Source: Synechocystis sp. PCC 6803 substr. PCC-P (lineage in GTDB: Bacteria; Cyanobacteriota; Cyanobacteriia; Cyanobacteriales; Microcystaceae). From it: 32,000 bases of DNA. Below, one piece after another: positions 27,502-32,000 of the stretch. Each line of letters opens with the position of its first letter. Within the stretch, counting starts at the first letter, position 1. The notes under the pieces are model-generated. The model saw nothing but the letters and a program-made list of their open reading frames with translations, did not search any database and was not told where the DNA came from. The stretch spans positions 450,001-482,000 of the forward strand of contig NC_017039.1 in the NCBI RefSeq assembly GCF_000284455.1, in the 5' to 3' direction. The translations under genes were made by a program, and so were the position numbers.

Positions 27502-27769
27502 TAGCTATTATAAGTAATGACTTAAATATAGATTTTATCGCTGATTCGATTAGGGATGAGATACTCCTAAGTTCTGGAATCTTTATTTCTTAAGCTTCGT
27601 GTATCCTAAGAGTGTCCCATATCCATCCTAATTTGCTATAAACATATTTTCAACCCTTGTTCATTAAGTCGGCAAAAGATAATCTGTCCCCCTATTCTAC
27701 TGAAAAAGTGATTTTTTGACGTTGGGCTAGACTTCAGCCAGTTTAGCCCAGTTCCATCATAAATTTATC

Positions 27770-30700
27770 CTAACTCCCCCCAATGCGAGCCACATCCTTG
27801 GCATTCTCCTCAAACGCCGCATTCAAAGCATCATCGCCGCTCAAACCCGCTTCTAGCGCTTTTTTGATGGCTTGCAATACCCGTTTATAATCCCGAGGCA
27901 TTACCTTAACGAATTTGGGAATACTCGCTTCCCAATCTGCTAAAACAGCTTTACCTTTGGCGCTGTCGGTGTAGTTAACATGGTTCTGGATTAACTCTTT
28001 GAGATCCTTAATTTCTTCGGGATCTTCTAGTTTTTCTAAACCCACCATGGCGGAATTGCAACGGGTGGCAAAATCCCCAGTTTCATCGAAGATGTAGGCC
28101 ACACCACCACTCATGCCCGCCGCAAAGTTTCGTCCTGTTTGACCAAGAACCACGACTTTACCGCCGGTCATATATTCGCAACCATGATCGCCCACCGCTT
28201 CCACCACCGTATTGACGCCGGAATTGCGGACACAGAACCGTTCCCCCACCATGCCGGAAATATAAACTTCCCCAGCAGTGGCGCCATAGAGACAAACATT
28301 ACCGGCAATGATGTTTTCCGAAGCGATAAAACTAGAGCCTTTGGGGGGATAGACAATAATTTTGCCGCCGCTCAATCCTTTACCCAGGTAATCGTTGGCA
28401 TCCCCTTCCAGTTCCAGGGTCATGCCCTTGGGAATAAAGGCCCCAAAACTTTGCCCCGCACTGCCTTGGAAATGGAGATGGACAGTATCTTCCGGTAAAC
28501 CTTCCCAATGGCGTTTGGTGATTTCGTTGCCGACAATGGTGCCCACCACCCGGTTGATATTGGTAATGGGTAAAGTGGCGGTGACTTTTTCCCCTTTGGC
28601 GATCGCCGGTTGGCAGAGATCCAATAACTGGGTGATGTCGAGGGAATGCTGAAGACCATGATCCTGGGGAATTTGGCAATAACGACCCACATCGTCCCCT
28701 ACTTCCGGCTGATGGAGAATAGTGGAAAGATCAATGCCTTTTGCTTTCCAGTGAGCTACGGCCTTTTTCGGTTCCAGAATATCGGTGCGACCAACCATTT
28801 CGTTAATGGTGCGGAAACCCAGTTGGGCCATCACTTCCCGCAGTTCCGTGGCAATAAAGGTCATAAAGTTGACCGCATGGGCCGGATCGCCGGTGAATTT
28901 GGCCCGCAGTTCCGGATTTTGGGTGGCAATGCCCACGGGACAGGTATTTAAATGACAGGCCCGCATCATAATGCACCCCAGGGATACCAGCGGCGCAGTC
29001 GAAAACCCAAACTCTTCCGCCCCCAGTAAAGCGGCGATAGCCACGTCCCGGCCAGTTTTCATTTGCCCATCGGTTTCCACCACAATACGGGAACGGAGAT
29101 TGTTCAACACCAAGGTTTGATGGGTTTCCGCTAGGCCCAATTCCCAGGGCAACCCAGCATGTTTAATGGAAGTTTGGGGTGATGCTCCGGTTCCTCCGTC
29201 ATAGCCAGACACTAGCACCACATCGGCATGGGCCTTAGCCACCCCAGCGGCGATCGTGCCCACCCCGACTTCCGACACCAGTTTGACGTTAATGCGGGCT
29301 TCCCGGTTAGCATTTTTCAGGTCGTGGATTAATTCCGCCAAATCTTCAATGGAATAAATGTCATGGTGGGGCGGGGGAGAAATTAAACCTACGCCGGGAG
29401 TGGAATGACGCACTTTGGCGATCCAGGGATAAACTTTTTTGCCGGGTAGCTGACCCCCTTCCCCAGGTTTTGCACCCTGGGCCATTTTGATTTGAATTTC
29501 CTTTGCTTGGGAGAGGTACAAACTGGTCACTCCAAAGCGCCCGGAAGCCACCTGTTTAATGGCACTGTTTTTGGAATCTCCCTGATCGTTAGTCCAGGTA
29601 AACCGTTCCGGATCTTCCCCCCCTTCCCCAGTGTTGGACTTACCACCAATGCGATTCATGGCGATCGCCAGGGATTCATGGGCTTCTTTGGAGATGGAGC
29701 CGTAGCTCATGGCCCCGGTTTTAAAGCGTTTCATGATCGCTTCAATGGGTTCCACTTCTTCGAGGGGAATAGATTCTCGGTCTTGGAAATCCAGTAAGCC
29801 CCGCAGGGTAAAGAACTTTTGGTTTTGTTCATTAACCAGGGCGGCGTACTGTTTATAAAGCTCGTAATTACCTTCCCGCACCGCCCGTTGTAATAAATGA
29901 ATGGTTTGGGGACTAAATAAATGCTCTTCCCCATCCTTCCGCCATTGGTACTCACCCCCTACATCAAGGGTATGCAAATCACCAGGGCGAGGAGCAAAGG
30001 CATGTTGATGGCGCAAAATAGCTTCCTGGGCAATTACACCTAAATCAGAACCTTGGATGCGGGAAGAAGTGCGGCAGAAATATTCATCAATCACACTCTG
30101 ATTTAAGCCCACCGCTTCAAAAATTTGGGCACCTCGGTAACTTTGGATGGTGGAAATGCCGATTTTAGAAGCAACTTTAATTACCCCTTTGGTGGCGGCT
30201 TTGATATAGTTTTTGCAAGCGGTTTTGTGATCCACATTAACCAGTAAACCTTCGGCGATCATACCGTCCAAAGTTTCAAAAGCTAAGTAAGGATTAATGG
30301 CTCCACAACCGTAACCGAGTAGGACAGCAAAATGATGCACTTCCCTCGGTTCCCCAGATTCCAATACTAGACCCACCTTGGTACGGGAACCGTTGCGAAT
30401 CAAATGGTGATGTAACCCCGACACCGCCAGCAGAGCAGGGATAGCCGCTTTTTCCGCACTAACTTGGCGATCGCTGAGAATGATTAGGTTAGCTCCTTGG
30501 GAAATGGCCTGGTCAGCTTCCGTAAACAAATTATCTAACGCAGTTTTAAGGCCCGCTTCCCCTTGGTTCGGATCAAACAAAATGTCTAGGGTGACGGATT
30601 TAAATTCATCGTCGTCTAACGCTTTGAGCTTAGCTAGATCTTCGTTGGTTAAAATGGGAGTTTTCAACTCAATTAAGCGGCAACTTTCTGGCCGAGGATC

Positions 30701-32000
30701 AAGCAAATTACCTTCACCACCAATGGTGGTTTCTGCGGAAGTAATAATTTCTTCCCGAATGGAATCAATGGGGGGATTGGTAACCTGGGCAAATAATTGT
30801 TGGAAATAGTTGTAGAGTAATTTGGGCTTGTCAGATAGTACAGCCAACGGAGTATCCGCCCCCATGGAACCGATCGCCTCCACCCCATCCCGACCCATGG
30901 GAGCTAGGAGAATACGCAATTCCTCAAAGGTGTAACCAAAGGCCATTTGCCGTTGCCGTAAACTTTCTGCATCGGTGCCAGGAACATTGCCGGGGGAGGG
31001 TAATTGCTCCAGGGATTTCAAATTAGCCGCTAGCCATTCACCGTAGGGATGCTGACTGACAATCTCCTGCTTAATTTCTTCGTCGGCAATGATGCGCCCC
31101 TGTTCCATATCCACCAAGAACATCCGCCCTGGTTGTAGGCGACCTTTCTTGGCCACCCGCTCCGGTTCAATGGGCAATACTCCTGCTTCGGAGGCCATAA
31201 TCACCAGATCATCTTTGGTGACGTAGTAGCGGGAAGGACGCAAACCATTACGATCCAACACTGCCCCCATCATTTTGCCGTTGGTGAAGGCAATGGAGGC
31301 CGGGCCATCCCAGGGTTCCATCAAACAGGAATGGTATTTATAAAACGCTTTCTTTTCCTGACTCATGGATTCGTGGGCACTCCAGGGTTCGGGAATCATC
31401 ATCATCACCGCATGGGGTAGGGAGCGGCCAGCCAGATAAAGCAGTTCCAACGCATTATCAAAAATGGTGGAATCACTGCCGTCAATGTTAATCACCGGCT
31501 GAACCTTGGCCATATCTTCCCCAAACAGGGACGATTCAAACAGGGCCTGGCGGGCCTGCATCCAGTTGACGTTGCCCCGCATGGTATTGATTTCGCCATT
31601 ATGGGCAATGTAGCGGTAGGGGTGGGAGCGCTCCCAACTGGGAAAGGTATTAGTGCTAAAGCGGGAATGGACAAGGGCCAGGGCACTTTCCATGTCCGGG
31701 TCATGCAATTCCGGATAATACTGCCCCACCTGGGCTGTGGTCAGCATCCCCTTATAAACCAACGTCCGAGCCGATAAACTAGCCACATACCAATAGGTAT
31801 CAATTTTCGGCGATCGGATTGCCCCGTGGGTCAACTTACGGATTACGTATAATTTGCGCTCAAAGTCCAGGTCATCAGTCAAGCCTTCCGGCCGGGCAAT
31901 GTAAACCTGTTGCATAAACGGTTCACTGGCGATCGCCGTTTCCCCCAGGGGTTCGTTCTGAGTAGGAATGTCCCGCCAACCCAAAACTTTTAAGCCTTCT
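27770..32000 (-). CDS. gltB: Glutamate synthase large subunit (NADH-GOGAT type), with the 5' end outside the window
   Basis: GOGAT blocks are visible: [12 protein letters not shown] (amidotransferase), the FMN/TIM-barrel region, the 3Fe-4S cysteines [13 protein letters not shown], and a C-terminal GXGXG beta-helix. The frame stays open through 32000 (...[12 protein letters not shown]). The sequence differs from the Fd-GOGAT (glsF) I recall, so the NADH-type paralogue (sll1502) is more likely. Confidence 0.9.

Larger units (their letters stand above)
1736..31936. repeat. HIP1 (GCGATCGC) dispersed octamer palindrome, roughly 35-40 copies by eye
   Basis: Perfect GCGATCGC occurs for example at 1736, 2572, about 3877, about 4299, about 6862, about 9662, 15783, 16381, 24060, 25160, 28599 and 31929. 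It is a hallmark of many cyanobacterial chromosomes. Confidence 0.9.

Noticed and set aside
27378-27593. A 71-aa plus-strand ORF overlapping the RT start and leader.
   Set aside because: It is antisense to the RT 5' end and has no motif. It is likely spurious.
25846-27769. I considered whether the RT belongs to a retron, a group II intron or a diversity-generating retroelement.
   Set aside because: I found no long flanking inverted repeats or msr/msd-like structure. There is no VTG motif after the catalytic DD. There is no domain V/VI-like RNA or maturase/endonuclease domain. I could see no roughly 100-bp template/variable repeat pair in the window. A covariance-model scan would be needed for certainty.
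28139-31704. Numerous 60-120-aa ORFs on both strands inside gltB. Similar ORFs occur inside ftsH, ccsA, lpxC, the P-loop gene and the EAL gene.
   Set aside because: They are frame shadows of long, well-supported genes in GC-richer DNA, and none shows an independent motif.
1-32000. I searched for CRISPR arrays, tRNA genes and rRNA genes.
   Set aside because: I saw no regularly spaced 25-40-bp direct repeats and no tRNA- or rRNA-like conserved blocks. HIP1 octamers are dispersed, not arrayed.

Overview
The window looks like cyanobacterial chromosome. The octamer GCGATCGC (HIP1) occurs about once per 0.9 kb. From memory, gene content and order match the Synechocystis sp. PCC 6803 region slr1593-slr1604 / sll1516-sll1502; this was not checked against any database. 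Most of the window (1-23.1 kb and 27.8-32 kb) is ordinary housekeeping DNA. It holds an EAL protein and a PatA-type response regulator, nhaS4, pxcA, gifB with its glutamine-riboswitch leader, a ParA-like ATPase, and hspA with its RNA-thermometer leader. It also holds ccsA, an HxlR regulator, lipA, ycf20, an NnrU/Z-ISO-like gene, psaM (31 aa, missed by the ORF track), lpxC, ftsH, and the 3' four-fifths of a glutamate synthase large subunit (gltB). The accessory part is a 4.6-kb island (about 23127-27769) wedged between the convergent 3' ends of ftsH and gltB. The island contains a decayed IS5-family element with recognisable inverted repeats. All of its genes lie on the minus strand: a frameshifted vapBC pair, a RelE/YafQ-type toxin-antitoxin pair, an MntA/HepT (MNT-HEPN) pair, and a 508-aa stand-alone reverse transcriptase. 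The RT gene is the most AT-rich stretch I sampled and lies inside the longest HIP1-free gap (about 3.4 kb). It has no intron, retron, DGR or CRISPR hallmarks. It is preceded by a 268-bp ORF-free leader and followed 129 bp later by mntA-hepT. It is my best candidate for an uncharacterised RT-based (UG/Abi/DRT-like) defence module. Secondary observations are five CTTAA cores in exact 11-bp register upstream of the EAL gene, an apparent pseudo-receiver in the PatA-type regulator, toxin-antitoxin gene relics next to lpxC, and an AT-rich two-gene membrane acyltransferase/hydroxylase pair.
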